From contig CANFPP010000007.1 in the NCBI GenBank assembly GCA_947449005.1, forward strand, positions 3,195-67,194: a DNA stretch of 64,000 nucleotides, given 5' to 3'. A program made the position numbers and the translations under genes. Positions 1 through 9,546 of the stretch are shown here, in pieces. This DNA is from Holosporales bacterium (GTDB lineage: Bacteria > Pseudomonadota > Alphaproteobacteria > Paracaedibacterales > CANFPP01). The notes beneath the pieces are model-generated. The model did not search any database. It saw only the letters and a program-made list of their open reading frames with translations, and was not told the origin of the DNA. Position 1 is the stretch's first letter, and each line of letters starts with the position of its first letter.

Positions 1-380
1 ATCTAAAGCCAACCCAAATGGAAGTAGCCCTTGATAACGCTAGCAGATGGCTTACTCCAGGTGGAGAACTTTATATCATCACCATAAGTCCTTATCATTA
101 TTCACTTGGTTCATTTATAAAAACTTATGATGAACACTGGGATACGGGCAACTCTTGGCCTGGGGAAATCCTCAATTTAAAAAAATATATTCCAGATTTA
201 GCAAAAGATATTCCCAATTATCTTCATGTAATGGATGAGCGACCTTTAAAAAAAGCCTTAGAAACAAGAGGTTTTGATATTGTAACCTCTAAGCTTTTTG
301 GATTTGCACGCTCACTTAGTAAAGACCCAAAGGGTATTGGTTATTACGGTATAAAAGCAATCAAACACATCACAAGGTAG
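1..380 (+). CDS. C-terminal part of a class I SAM-dependent methyltransferase-like protein; the 5' end lies outside the window
   Basis: The frame is open from base 3 to the stop at 378-380. WLTPGGELYIITISP resembles the conserved strand after the SAM-binding motifs of Rossmann-fold methyltransferases. The start cannot be fixed. Confidence 0.45.
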   Translation, partial: LKPTQMEVALDNASRWLTPGGELYIITISPYHYSLGSFIKTYDEHWDTGNSWPGEILNLKKYIPDLAKDIPNYLHVMDERPLKKALETRGFDIVTSKLFGFARSLSKDPKGIGYYGIKAIKHITR

Positions 381-393
381 TGCACGTGCAATA

Positions 394-439
394 CAAGCCT
401 CTTGACCGATTTAGAGCCCCCTGTCTAATGTCTTAAGAT
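394..439 (+). promoter_or_regulatory. 46-bp exact repeat, copy 1, with a sigma70-like core (TTGACC 402-407, 16-nt spacer, TCTAAT 424-429)
   Basis: caagcctcttgaccgatttagagccccctgtctaatgtcttaagat is identical at 394-439 and 3579-3624. The -35/-10 spacing was read by hand. Confidence 0.5.
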
Positions 440-591
440 TACTCTTGTTCTCTCATTTTAGGTTTAAAAATGGGGTGATTTTCAACTGTTAATAATGCTC
501 TCTTAGAATTAAGCTATAATCAAAGGTTTTTCTTAATAAGACATGCGCAAGCTTTTAGCAGGCTATTTTTTAAGCCCTTAGTATAAAATAG

Positions 592-722
592 CCTGGATTC
601 TCGCCCACGCGAGAATAACAACGGAGAGTAGAGAGATATGACGATGAAAACAACAAAAGTTGTGCAAGTGGATTATTCTGTCTTTCTCCACCTCGTCATT
701 CCCGCGCAGGCGGGAATCCAGG
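592..722. repeat. MITE-like palindromic element (~131 bp) with hairpin-forming imperfect terminal inverted repeats
   Basis: The left end CCTGGATTCTCGCCCACGCGAGAAT (592-616) matches the reverse complement of the right end ATTCCCGCGCAGGCGGGAATCCAGG (698-722) at 21/25 positions by hand count. Each end is an 8-bp stem with a 4-nt loop. There is no ORF inside. Confidence 0.55.
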
Positions 723-784
723 GTGCTCTCTCTTGCCGAAACTTGCAGACTGCATTTAATAGTAAAAAAACATAGAGGTTTTTA

Positions 785-1621
785 ATGGGATCTTCTTTGG
801 TTTCTAATTATCAAGAATCTATCCTTGGAAAACTGAAAGACATTACACAACCTTTATCTGATCATTTTGGCATCAAAACATTCGCCTATCGTAAATTCTT
901 GAATGATGGACGCAGTTTTGGTGTCAGCACCAATCATGGGTGGAATAAGTGGCACAATGACTATCTTCTGGAGAAAAAAGAAATACCAGCTTATGAGAGA
1001 GAAGTTAAAGAGACGTCAGTATCTGAAAATAATCAACATCTTTGGCTACGCACAGGCGAACCAGATAAAACTGACGAGCTATTTTTAAACTTATATGACT
1101 TTGATATTTGGAATACAATGTGTATTTACAAAAACCATACAAATTATGTAGAGGGTTTCTATTTTGCAACTCATAAAGAAAATGTAAACTTTCCTAATTT
1201 TTTCTTAAATCACATTGATACACTTAAACATTATATATTCTATTTTAAAAATAACTTCTTAACAAAAATTGATTCGCAAATTATAGATACAATATCAGTA
1301 CCAACAATTTCAAAAGAAAGCTTTATCCAAGAAACCAATAAAAGAATAGACATGCAAACCTCATCATTCATTGAAGCAAGTAGGATTAATAATTATGTTT
1401 TTCACAGAGGAAATGAACGAATATCACTTTCCAGAAGAGAGTTAGAGTGCCTTCAATATCTATCTCATGGAAAGAGCACTAAAGAAATTGCATCTCATTT
1501 ACAACTATCTCCCCGCACTATAGAAATGTATCTTCAGCGTATAAAGGAAAAAACTGAAATCCCTTCTAGAAGTAAATTGATTGATTTTTATTATAAGATG
1601 GGTTTGCCTGATTTCAGATAG
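785..1621 (+). CDS. LuxR/FixJ-family (GerE-type HTH) transcriptional regulator with an unassigned N-terminal domain
   Basis: The C-terminal LSRRELECLQYLSHGKSTKEIASHLQLSPRTIEMYLQRIKEK matches the LuxR-type HTH. There is no receiver-domain Asp pocket and no clear autoinducer-binding signature in the first ~200 aa. Confidence 0.8.
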   Translation: MGSSLVSNYQESILGKLKDITQPLSDHFGIKTFAYRKFLNDGRSFGVSTNHGWNKWHNDYLLEKKEIPAYEREVKETSVSENNQHLWLRTGEPDKTDELFLNLYDFDIWNTMCIYKNHTNYVEGFYFATHKENVNFPNFFLNHIDTLKHYIFYFKNNFLTKIDSQIIDTISVPTISKESFIQETNKRIDMQTSSFIEASRINNYVFHRGNERISLSRRELECLQYLSHGKSTKEIASHLQLSPRTIEMYLQRIKEKTEIPSRSKLIDFYYKMGLPDFR

Positions 1622-1632
1622 AAAACCCTTGA

Positions 1633-1647
1633 CCGTAAAAATTACGG
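1633..1647. promoter_or_regulatory. Inverted repeat CCGTAA-AAA-TTACGG, copy 1 (candidate operator)
   Basis: The 16-nt string ccgtaaaaattacgga occurs twice, at 1633-1648 and 1692-1707. Both copies lie between the LuxR-type gene and the next ORF. Confidence 0.4.
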
Positions 1648-1691
1648 ACATAACCAATAACAATTCAGCAGTACTTATGACACAAAGAAAC

Positions 1692-1706
1692 CCGTAAAAA
1701 TTACGG
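1692..1706. promoter_or_regulatory. Inverted repeat CCGTAA-AAA-TTACGG, copy 2 (candidate operator), just upstream of TTGAAA (1720-1725) and TATAAT (1741-1746)
   Basis: This is an exact second copy. A perfect TATAAT lies 15 nt after a TTGAAA box and about 90 nt before the ATG at 1838. Confidence 0.4.
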
Positions 1707-1837
1707 AGATTATTGATGGTTGAAATTCAAATTCTAATCTTATAATTTCTAAAACTTATAAAGTTTTACTAAAGCTTAAAAGTTTTAACTTTAAAGTTAG
1801 AGGAGAATAACAATGTAAATTAAAGGGGGAGTGGGAA

Positions 1838-2464
1838 ATGCGAAACAAACTATTATTATTGTCTTTCAGTTTGTGTGTACAGACAGAAGGACAAGCAGCT
1901 GTAAAAGAACTTGGGGAATTAGGTTTCCCTGCAGCTAGACGTATAGTATTAAGTCAAATGAAAAGGCCAGTCTCTACCATTTCTTCTTTTCAATATTACC
2001 CCAAACAATTTTCACAAGATACAACAGCTAAGCTTGATCCAAAGCCTTACTCTATTTTCATGCAAAGACGAAACATGTCTACTCTTAATGAGCGCGTATA
2101 TGAATTTGCATCAAATTGCAGCAAAATTGAAAAAGAGCAATTAGCCAATCATGTCAGAGGTAATTGTAAAAGTATGAGCGATATTCAAGACCCCACACTA
2201 ATATATTGCCGTCAACAATATGACCGCTTAGACACAATCTCTAAAGATAATGTCAGAGAACTTCATGAAGTAGTTGATGATATCGTTTGGACTCTCAGAT
2301 CTCGATTAAAAGAATTGGACATTATCAGTAAAGAAACTGGTGATTTTGCAGATGATTTTCCTCGTTTGAAAAATTCAAAAAATGCAGAAATAGACCCAAA
2401 GGTATTAAAATTAGAGTTTGAAAATATATTCAAAGATCTAGGTGCATTTTTTCGATATAGATAG
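1838..2464 (+). CDS. Hypothetical protein with a hydrophobic N-terminus (possible signal peptide)
   Basis: 208-aa ORF preceded by the purine-rich aaagggggagtggg. The N-terminus is MRNKLLLLSFSLCVQTEGQAA. No recognisable motif. Confidence 0.5.
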   Translation: MRNKLLLLSFSLCVQTEGQAAVKELGELGFPAARRIVLSQMKRPVSTISSFQYYPKQFSQDTTAKLDPKPYSIFMQRRNMSTLNERVYEFASNCSKIEKEQLANHVRGNCKSMSDIQDPTLIYCRQQYDRLDTISKDNVRELHEVVDDIVWTLRSRLKELDIISKETGDFADDFPRLKNSKNAEIDPKVLKLEFENIFKDLGAFFRYR

Positions 2465-2519
2465 ATCTAAAATACATTAAATTTTTATACAACTTATCAC
2501 CTCCAAGGACATATGTAGT

Positions 2520-3518
2520 ATGCTAAAGTTTTTATTGTCTTTTTTTATATTTTGTCACTGTGCTATTGCATCTAATTACCAAAAACCTTTCAGAATTGTT
2601 AAAGATGCCTTGCAAATAGCCTCTCAACAAGACGTCAATAATTTCGGCAGAGTATTTTCTAGAGTTATAACACACAATCACGATGATTTTCAGCAGACGT
2701 CTCCTTTTAATCATCACAAACACATGCACTATCATGGCTCGCCTTTTTGGCCAACATCTGACATATCAGTTAAAAAGACTATATTTTTAGGATCAAACAA
2801 TTCACAATTATTAGAATTTCATCAAGAGCTTAATAGACGATTTAACTCTCCTCAATTTCAAGGAAAAAAGAATCCATTGTTAGTCTTTCCTGAAGATGTT
2901 GAACATCATGATCGAATAAGTTATGAAGAAAGGTCGTCATTTTTACCTGGTTTTCACAACTCTTTTGTTAATGGGCATCAACGTTCATTTTATGAACATG
3001 AATTAGCCTTTCCACTTTGCGCCATCTCATTTTTTGATGAAGCAGACGTAAAAAAAAGACCAAAGGGTAAACCTCAAAGATGGTATACTCCACTAGAGCA
3101 AGCTCTACTGATGTCTAGCAAAAAACAATACATAAATGAATTTGCTATTTTAGATGGAGACAAACAAAATGGCTTCTGGGGAAATTATTCAAACTTTGCA
3201 ATTGCATTGATCCCCAAAGGCACCACTATCTACGGACATTTTGGCCTTGTAGCTCACCAAAGAAACTCTAAGTGCGGCACCTTAAAACGCGGAGGAGCAG
3301 GTCAATTTTATATTGCAGGCGCAAAGGCAGCAAAAAAAATAGACTTGATAACTCTCGAGGACGCGTTAGATGTTACAAGTGGAGAGATTAATTTTGTTGA
3401 GAGTTTGGCGAAGATAGGATTAATAAATGGCTCACAAAGTAATTCAGAACGTATAATTTTTGATACACTAAGAGCGGGTTTTAAAGAGTATTACGAAATC
3501 TATGAAAAGCATGGGTGA
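2520..3518 (+). CDS. Hypothetical secreted protein with a His-rich N-terminal segment
   Basis: 332-aa ORF with the signal-like MLKFLLSFFIFCHCAIASN and the His-rich HNHDDFQQTSPFNHHKHMHYHG. No family recognised. Confidence 0.5.
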   Translation: MLKFLLSFFIFCHCAIASNYQKPFRIVKDALQIASQQDVNNFGRVFSRVITHNHDDFQQTSPFNHHKHMHYHGSPFWPTSDISVKKTIFLGSNNSQLLEFHQELNRRFNSPQFQGKKNPLLVFPEDVEHHDRISYEERSSFLPGFHNSFVNGHQRSFYEHELAFPLCAISFFDEADVKKRPKGKPQRWYTPLEQALLMSSKKQYINEFAILDGDKQNGFWGNYSNFAIALIPKGTTIYGHFGLVAHQRNSKCGTLKRGGAGQFYIAGAKAAKKIDLITLEDALDVTSGEINFVESLAKIGLINGSQSNSERIIFDTLRAGFKEYYEIYEKHG

Positions 3519-3578
3519 TTAAAATGACACTTCCTCACAATTCATAACAAATAAATACAATATCAATTCTTTTCACAC

Positions 3579-3624
3579 CAAGCCTCTTGACCGATTTAGA
3601 GCCCCCTGTCTAATGTCTTAAGAT
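3579..3624 (+). promoter_or_regulatory. 46-bp exact repeat, copy 2; likely tkt promoter (TTGACC 3587-3592, TCTAAT 3609-3614)
   Basis: Identical to 394-439. The -10 element ends 40 nt before the tkt ATG at 3654. Confidence 0.55.
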
Positions 3625-3653
3625 ACATTAAATTCTTAAATCAACGGTCAAAT

Positions 3654-5606
3654 ATGTCAGATTATAAACTCATGGCGAATGCCATTCGATTTCTAGCTAT
3701 TGATGCAGTCGAAGCCGCTCAATCTGGTCATCCTGGAATGCCCATGGGAATGGCAGACGTTGCAACGGTCCTATTTAAAGATTTTCTGAACTTTGACCCT
3801 GTCGCCCCTGATTGGCCAAATCGCGATCGCTTTATTTTATCAGCGGGCCATGGCTCAATGCTGTTGTATTCCCTACTTTATTTAACTGGCTATGAAGAGG
3901 CCACGATTAAGCAACTTCAAAACTTTAGAACCCTTGGCAGTTTAACTGCGGGTCATCCTGAATATGGTCACCTCCCTGGTATTGAAACAACGACTGGACC
4001 ACTTGGTCAAGGCCTTGCCAATGCCGTTGGTATGGCAATCGCTGAAAAATTATCAGCAGCTCGCAAAGGAAACTCATCTACTGATCATTATACTTATGTC
4101 ATGTGTAGTGATGGTGATTTGATGGAAGGCATTTCACATGAAGCAATGTCTTTAGCTGGACATTTAGGTCTTGGAAAACTCGTTGTCTTATTTGATGATA
4201 ACGGCATTTCAATTGATGGCCCAACATCTCTTACCGTCTCTGATGATCAAATTGCCCGATTCAAAGCCTATGGCTGGCACACGCAAAGTATTGACGGGCA
4301 CGATTATGCTGCAATTAATAAAGCCATCGAACTGGCACAAAAATCTGATCAACCAAGTTTTATTGCATGCAAAACAACTATTGGCTATGGATCCCCTAAT
4401 AAGGCGGGGTCAGCCAACGTGCATGGTTCTCCTTTAGGAAAGAATGAGATTTCTGAAACTCGAAAAGCTCTCGATTGGGATCATCCTCCCTTCACGATTC
4501 CAGAGACTATTCTAAATTTATGGCAAGAAACTGCACACAAAGGAATGGTTAAGCGCCAACTGTGGGAAATGGATGGGAACAGTATTGAACCTACAAAAAA
4601 ACCATGCGCTGTTTGGGAAGAAAAGCTTGATGCATTAATTTCTCAGTTTATCGCTACCCCTCCCAAACAAGCGACACGTCAGCTATCTCAGCAAGTTCTA
4701 GAGGAAATCACGCCGTTCCTTCCGAATCTTATTGGCGGATCCGCTGATTTAACCGGCTCTAACAATACAAAATCAAAATCACAAGCTGCCGTTACAGTAA
4801 CTGATTTTTCTGGTCAATATATTCACTACGGGATTCGCGAACACGCTATGGCTGCCATCATGAATGGGATCTCCCTTTATGGCGATTTTATCCCTTACGG
4901 TGGCACCTTTCTAGTTTTCAGCGATTATTTGCGCCCTGCCCTTCGCCTTTCTGCCTTAATGAATCAAGGCGTGATTTATGTATTAACGCATGATTCAATT
5001 GGCCTTGGAGAAGATGGCCCCACGCATCAACCGGTTGAGCATTTAGCGGCTCTTCGCGCCATTCCCAACTTAAACGTTTTCAGACCTTGCGATGCTGTTG
5101 AAGTTGCAGAGTGCTGGAAGCATGCCATTAAAGATCGCTCGACTCCTTCTGTCATTGTTCTAACGCGCCAGAATGTTCAGCCTGTTCGGTTGAGCCCCAG
5201 CAAAGATAATTTGGCCGAAAAAGGTGCTTATATTTTATCTGATTCTGCGAAAGAACGCCAAGTAACGCTTATCGCCACAGGATCAGAAGTTGAGCTTGCA
5301 CTTGCGGCCCAGAAAGAACTAGAAACACACGGGATTTCCGCAGCTGTTGTTTCTATGCCATGCTGGCGATTATTTGATAAGCAATCAAAAGAGTATCAAG
5401 AGGCAATTCTAGGCACTCCTGGTATCTTGAAAGTTGCTATAGAAGCAGCACTTAGAATGGGATGGGATCGTTATATTGACAGAGACGGGATCTTCATTGG
5501 TATGAATGGTTTTGGCGCCTCTGGCAAAGCAGAGTCTCTCTATAAATATTTTGGTATCACTGCCGAAGCAATTGTACAGTCAGTTTTGAAGAAAAAAGGA
5601 GCATAA
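3654..5606 (+). CDS. tkt: Transketolase
   Basis: 650 aa. Motifs: SGHPGMPMG N-terminus, CSDGDLMEGISHEA (TPP/metal site), THDSIGLGEDGPTHQPVEH signature. Confidence 0.97.
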   Translation: MSDYKLMANAIRFLAIDAVEAAQSGHPGMPMGMADVATVLFKDFLNFDPVAPDWPNRDRFILSAGHGSMLLYSLLYLTGYEEATIKQLQNFRTLGSLTAGHPEYGHLPGIETTTGPLGQGLANAVGMAIAEKLSAARKGNSSTDHYTYVMCSDGDLMEGISHEAMSLAGHLGLGKLVVLFDDNGISIDGPTSLTVSDDQIARFKAYGWHTQSIDGHDYAAINKAIELAQKSDQPSFIACKTTIGYGSPNKAGSANVHGSPLGKNEISETRKALDWDHPPFTIPETILNLWQETAHKGMVKRQLWEMDGNSIEPTKKPCAVWEEKLDALISQFIATPPKQATRQLSQQVLEEITPFLPNLIGGSADLTGSNNTKSKSQAAVTVTDFSGQYIHYGIREHAMAAIMNGISLYGDFIPYGGTFLVFSDYLRPALRLSALMNQGVIYVLTHDSIGLGEDGPTHQPVEHLAALRAIPNLNVFRPCDAVEVAECWKHAIKDRSTPSVIVLTRQNVQPVRLSPSKDNLAEKGAYILSDSAKERQVTLIATGSEVELALAAQKELETHGISAAVVSMPCWRLFDKQSKEYQEAILGTPGILKVAIEAALRMGWDRYIDRDGIFIGMNGFGASGKAESLYKYFGITAEAIVQSVLKKKGA

Positions 5607-5608
5607 GG

Positions 5609-6613
5609 ATGGCCATAAGAGTAGCAATTAATGGATTTGGACGTATTGGTCGAATGGTTTTACGCGCCATCATAGAGAGCAAACGCACCGACATACAAAT
5701 CATTGCCCTAAACGATTTAGGTCCGATTAAAAGTAATGCGCACCTTTTCAAATATGATTCTGTTCACGGCCCATTTCAAGGCCAAGTTATAACAACAGAC
5801 ACAACCATTGATGTTGGCATGGGTCCCATTAAAGTCTTTGCAGAGCCAAATCCAGAAAAATTACCCTGGAAAGATTTGCAAATCGATTTGGTGATGGAAT
5901 GCTCTGGCCATTTCACCAGTCGTACTAGCGCCGCTAAGCATCTTGAAGCAGGTGCTAAGAAAGTTTTGATATCTGCTCCAGCTGAAGGCGCTGACCTTAC
6001 GGTGGTTTATGGCGTGAATCATGATCAATTAACATCTGATCATCTTGTTGTCTCAAACGCCTCATGTACAACAAACTGTCTTGCCCCTGTTGCCGCAGTT
6101 CTACACAAAGAAATTGGTATTGATTGTGGTTTTATGACAACAATTCATTCCTATACAGGTGATCAAAAGCTTGTTGACACACTTCACTCAGACTTAAGAC
6201 GCTCTCGCGCCGCCGCAATGGCAATGATTCCAAGCTCAACCGGCGCAGCCAAAGCTGTTGGCCTGGTTTTACCTGAATTAAAAGGCAAATTAGATGGCAC
6301 ATCAATTCGCGTACCAACGCCGAATGTTTCTGTCGTTGATTTCAAATTCACCAGCAAGCGTGATACTTCCGTTGAAGAAATTAACTCTTTGATGCAAAAA
6401 GCCTCTGCTGGATACTTAAAAGGTATCTTAGGAGCTGTTGATGAACCACTTGTGTCGATCGACTTCAATCACAATCCTTTGAGTTCAAATTTTGATTTAA
6501 CGCAAACACATGTCGTGTCTAATCGATTCTGTAGAGTCCTATCATGGTATGATAATGAATGGGGTTTTGCGAATAGAATGAACGATGTTGCAGTTGTAAT
6601 GGGAGCCCTATAA
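5609..6613 (+). CDS. gap: Glyceraldehyde-3-phosphate dehydrogenase
   Basis: 334 aa. Motifs: INGFGRIGR NAD fold, SNASCTTNCLAP catalytic Cys, WYDNEWGF. Confidence 0.97.
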   Translation: MAIRVAINGFGRIGRMVLRAIIESKRTDIQIIALNDLGPIKSNAHLFKYDSVHGPFQGQVITTDTTIDVGMGPIKVFAEPNPEKLPWKDLQIDLVMECSGHFTSRTSAAKHLEAGAKKVLISAPAEGADLTVVYGVNHDQLTSDHLVVSNASCTTNCLAPVAAVLHKEIGIDCGFMTTIHSYTGDQKLVDTLHSDLRRSRAAAMAMIPSSTGAAKAVGLVLPELKGKLDGTSIRVPTPNVSVVDFKFTSKRDTSVEEINSLMQKASAGYLKGILGAVDEPLVSIDFNHNPLSSNFDLTQTHVVSNRFCRVLSWYDNEWGFANRMNDVAVVMGAL

Positions 6614-7561
6614 ATGACAACAGCTTTTGTATTTCCAGGACAAGGATCGCAAACCATTGGTATGGGAAGAGAATTTATTGAAACTTTCTCTGCAGCCAAA
6701 GAGGTCATGCAGGAAGTTGATGATGTTCTTGAACAGAAACTAACGCATCTGATTTTAGAGGGAGTTTCGAATGAGCTGACTCTCACAGAAAATGCACAAC
6801 CTGCCCTTCTAGCCATTAGCATGGCAATAACAAGAACGTTGCAAAAAGAGTCTAATCGCCCAATTACAGATCTATGCCAATTTATGGCAGGTCATTCTTT
6901 GGGGGAATATTCGGCCCTTTGTGCTTCAGGCGTTTTATCCTTAAGAGATGCTGTACGCCTTGTAAGGCTGCGCGGCCAAGCGATGCAACAGTCTGTCCCT
7001 GTTGGTAAAGGCTCTATGGCAGCTATTCTAGGCCTTGAAATTGATGCAGTTGAAAAGCTTATCGCAAACATAAACACAAAAGACAGTACATGCGGTGTAG
7101 CGAATGATAATTCTCCAGGTCAAGTGGTGATAAGTGGTCACTGTGAAGCAATCGAAGAAGCTATGAAAGCAGCTACCGAGCAAGGAGCAAAACGTGCTCT
7201 CTTGCTCCCTGTTAGTGCACCATTCCACAGCCCTTTAATGGCTGATGCTGCAAAGGCTATGGAAGAAGCATTTAAAGAAGTTACGTTCAGCACACCTCAA
7301 GTCCAAGTATTGTCAAATATAACCGCAATGCCAATCAAGGATGCTTCGTTCATTTCTCAGCTTTTGGTTGAGCAAATAACTGGTCGCGTCAGATGGCGTG
7401 AGACCGTTATAAACCTAGGCCATCTAGGATGTACCCATATGGTTGAAGTTGGAGCCGGTAAAGTCCTAACGGGCCTTAATAAACGTATCAATCCAGACCT
7501 TGTGACACTAGCCATCAATTCCCCAGCTGATATGGAAGCATTTTTGAAGGTGTGTGGATAG
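6614..7561 (+). CDS. fabD: Malonyl-CoA:ACP transacylase
   Basis: 315 aa. Motifs: FVFPGQGSQ and GHSLGEYSAL (active-site Ser). The start abuts the gap stop (taaATG). Confidence 0.95.
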   Translation: MTTAFVFPGQGSQTIGMGREFIETFSAAKEVMQEVDDVLEQKLTHLILEGVSNELTLTENAQPALLAISMAITRTLQKESNRPITDLCQFMAGHSLGEYSALCASGVLSLRDAVRLVRLRGQAMQQSVPVGKGSMAAILGLEIDAVEKLIANINTKDSTCGVANDNSPGQVVISGHCEAIEEAMKAATEQGAKRALLLPVSAPFHSPLMADAAKAMEEAFKEVTFSTPQVQVLSNITAMPIKDASFISQLLVEQITGRVRWRETVINLGHLGCTHMVEVGAGKVLTGLNKRINPDLVTLAINSPADMEAFLKVCG

Positions 7562-7575
7562 AACGGAGATAATAA

Positions 7576-8166
7576 GTGACAACAAACTATTATGATCAAA
7601 ATGCAGAAAGTTTTGCCAAGCGCACAATAGAGCGAGATGTGTCGGATGCTTACAAAAAGTTTTTGAACCTTTTGCCATCAAAGAGTCGTATTCTGGATGC
7701 TGGTTGTGGCAGTGGAAGAGATGCTAAATACTTTAAGCAATTAGGGCATGATGTTGTTGCATTTGATGCTTCTATCGAAATGGTAAAACTTTCATCCCTT
7801 GAAGTAGACCACCCAACATTACACCTCAATTTTCAAGATATGGCATTCAAAGAAGAGTTCGATGGTGTTTGGGCTTGTGCGTCGCTCTTACATGTCCCTT
7901 ATGAACAAACCGAAGAGATTATTCGCAAAATAAAAGATGCTTTAAAACCAAAAGGCTTTTTCTACGCGTCCTATAAACATGGGGATGCCCTAGAAACTTC
8001 ATCAGATGGGCGCATTTTTTACAACATGAATGAAACAACAATTCTGCCATATTTAGATAATTCATTTAAGGTCATAGAGATGTGGCAAACACCCTATACC
8101 CCAACACATGTTCATGCGACTGCAACAAAATCCTGGTTAAATATCTTGTGTCAGAGAGCGGATTAA
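7576..8166 (+). CDS. Class I SAM-dependent methyltransferase
   Basis: 196 aa with a GTG start. ILDAGCGSGRDAKYF is the glycine-rich SAM motif I, followed by VVAFDAS and LKPKGFFY. Confidence 0.8.
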   Translation: MTTNYYDQNAESFAKRTIERDVSDAYKKFLNLLPSKSRILDAGCGSGRDAKYFKQLGHDVVAFDASIEMVKLSSLEVDHPTLHLNFQDMAFKEEFDGVWACASLLHVPYEQTEEIIRKIKDALKPKGFFYASYKHGDALETSSDGRIFYNMNETTILPYLDNSFKVIEMWQTPYTPTHVHATATKSWLNILCQRAD

Positions 8167-8201
8167 TAAATTTAGATAGAAGTAATATTCAAGAGAAAAA
8201 A

Positions 8202-9245
8202 ATGAAAGTTTCCAATAAACAATCTAATGTTCTCTATCATGCAATCAAAACCTGGGAGCAGGATAACCTTCTTACATCTGCACAAGCGCAAGCCTTAAAA
8301 GAAAGCATCATTCCACTCTCTTTCAATTGGAAGCTTCTGGCGAAGTATCTTTTTTGGATCTCAATAGCGTGCATCATCATTGCTATGGGTGCCATGGTTG
8401 CAGATAAGTTTTTTCAAAACATCATAGAAAAACTATTCAGCAATTCCCCGATTAGAAAATGCATTATTTTATCGGTTATTTCAGCTTCTCTCTATTACAC
8501 AGGCATGCGAAGACGCGAAAAATTCCCGGAAAAACATTATAGTAACGAGACATTTTTCTTTCTTGGAACCGTAATCAGCACAGCAGCAATCTATCAACTC
8601 GGTGAGCACTTTTCTATGATGCGTGAACACTTATCAAGCTTGTTATTGATATCATTCCTTCTCTATGGAGTTTTAGGGCTTTATCTTCAATCCAAATTGG
8701 TTTGGTTATTCTCTATTCTCTCGCTTGGAAGTTGGTTTGGTGCCGAAACTGGCTATTGTTCTGGCTGTGGAGTCTATTTTTTAGGGATGAACTATCCCCT
8801 TCGATTTATCCTATTTGGCACAGCGTTAACAGCAATAGCATCCTTATTATTACCGAAAATCTCGCACTTTAAATCCCTTACGAAAACCACCCTTATCATG
8901 GGACTTTTGTATCTATTTATCGCCCTGTGGATCCTCTCACTTTTTGGAAACAGTGATTTTGCAAGCTGGAAAAAATCGACGCAAATAGAGCTCTTTCTTT
9001 GGTCTTTTCTCTGGGCAGGTACAGCAGCACTCAGCACTTACATTGGCATTAAATTAGAAGATGGAATTTTTAAAGGCTTTGGTCTCACCTTTCTCTTTCT
9101 AAATCTGTATACACGTTATTTTGAATACTTCTGGTCTCCGTTGTATAAGCCAGTTTTCTTTTTAATCCTAGGGCTTAGCCTTTGGCTATTAGCGTCAAAA
9201 ATCGAACGTTTGTGGCTCAGCAAAGGATTTTCTATTCAAAAGTGA
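8202..9245 (+). CDS. Multi-pass integral membrane protein (function unknown)
   Basis: The ORF frame is open from 8082, but that part overlaps the methyltransferase gene. ATG 8202 (MKVSNKQ) follows an A-rich stretch. I see about 9-10 hydrophobic segments by eye. Confidence 0.65.
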   Translation: MKVSNKQSNVLYHAIKTWEQDNLLTSAQAQALKESIIPLSFNWKLLAKYLFWISIACIIIAMGAMVADKFFQNIIEKLFSNSPIRKCIILSVISASLYYTGMRRREKFPEKHYSNETFFFLGTVISTAAIYQLGEHFSMMREHLSSLLLISFLLYGVLGLYLQSKLVWLFSILSLGSWFGAETGYCSGCGVYFLGMNYPLRFILFGTALTAIASLLLPKISHFKSLTKTTLIMGLLYLFIALWILSLFGNSDFASWKKSTQIELFLWSFLWAGTAALSTYIGIKLEDGIFKGFGLTFLFLNLYTRYFEYFWSPLYKPVFFLILGLSLWLLASKIERLWLSKGFSIQK

Positions 9246-9546
9246 ATATCACCATCTGTTTTTGAATAATCTCTTTAAACTCATCGCTTATTGTATGCAT
9301 ATCTACAACATCAACCTTATAAGGCAGATTAGACTCCTCAAAAGCATCAGCTAGAATCAATTTTTCCTGGCGATTAAGCGGACGACCAGCATCAATGACA
9401 AGATCAAGATCTGAAGATTTTTTCGTTGCTCCTGTAGCACGAGAGCCAAACACCCATACCTTAGAGTTTATAGGCAAAATAGTGCTTAGAATATTTTGCA
9501 CGATGACTCGATGTTTGGGAGTAATATCAATGGAAGATTGAGTCAA
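9232..9546 (-). CDS. Minimal nucleotidyltransferase (MNT-type antitoxin-like)
   Basis: 104 aa. VWVFGSRATGATKKSSDLDLVID is the GS-X-DXD pol-beta-fold nucleotidyltransferase motif. It overlaps the upstream HEPN gene by 4 nt. Confidence 0.85.
   Translation of the reverse strand: MTQSSIDITPKHRVIVQNILSTILPINSKVWVFGSRATGATKKSSDLDLVIDAGRPLNRQEKLILADAFEESNLPYKVDVVDMHTISDEFKEIIQKQMVIFTFE

Noticed and set aside
381-390. Perfect 10-bp palindrome TGCACGTGCA right after the first gene's stop codon.
   Set aside because: It is a single short palindrome with no second copy or adjacent T-run, which is not enough to call a terminator or operator.
8082-8201. N-terminal extension of the membrane-protein ORF that overlaps the methyltransferase gene.
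   Set aside because: The 40 extra codons overlap the 3' end of a well-supported CDS in another frame. ATG 8202 gives a sensible start.
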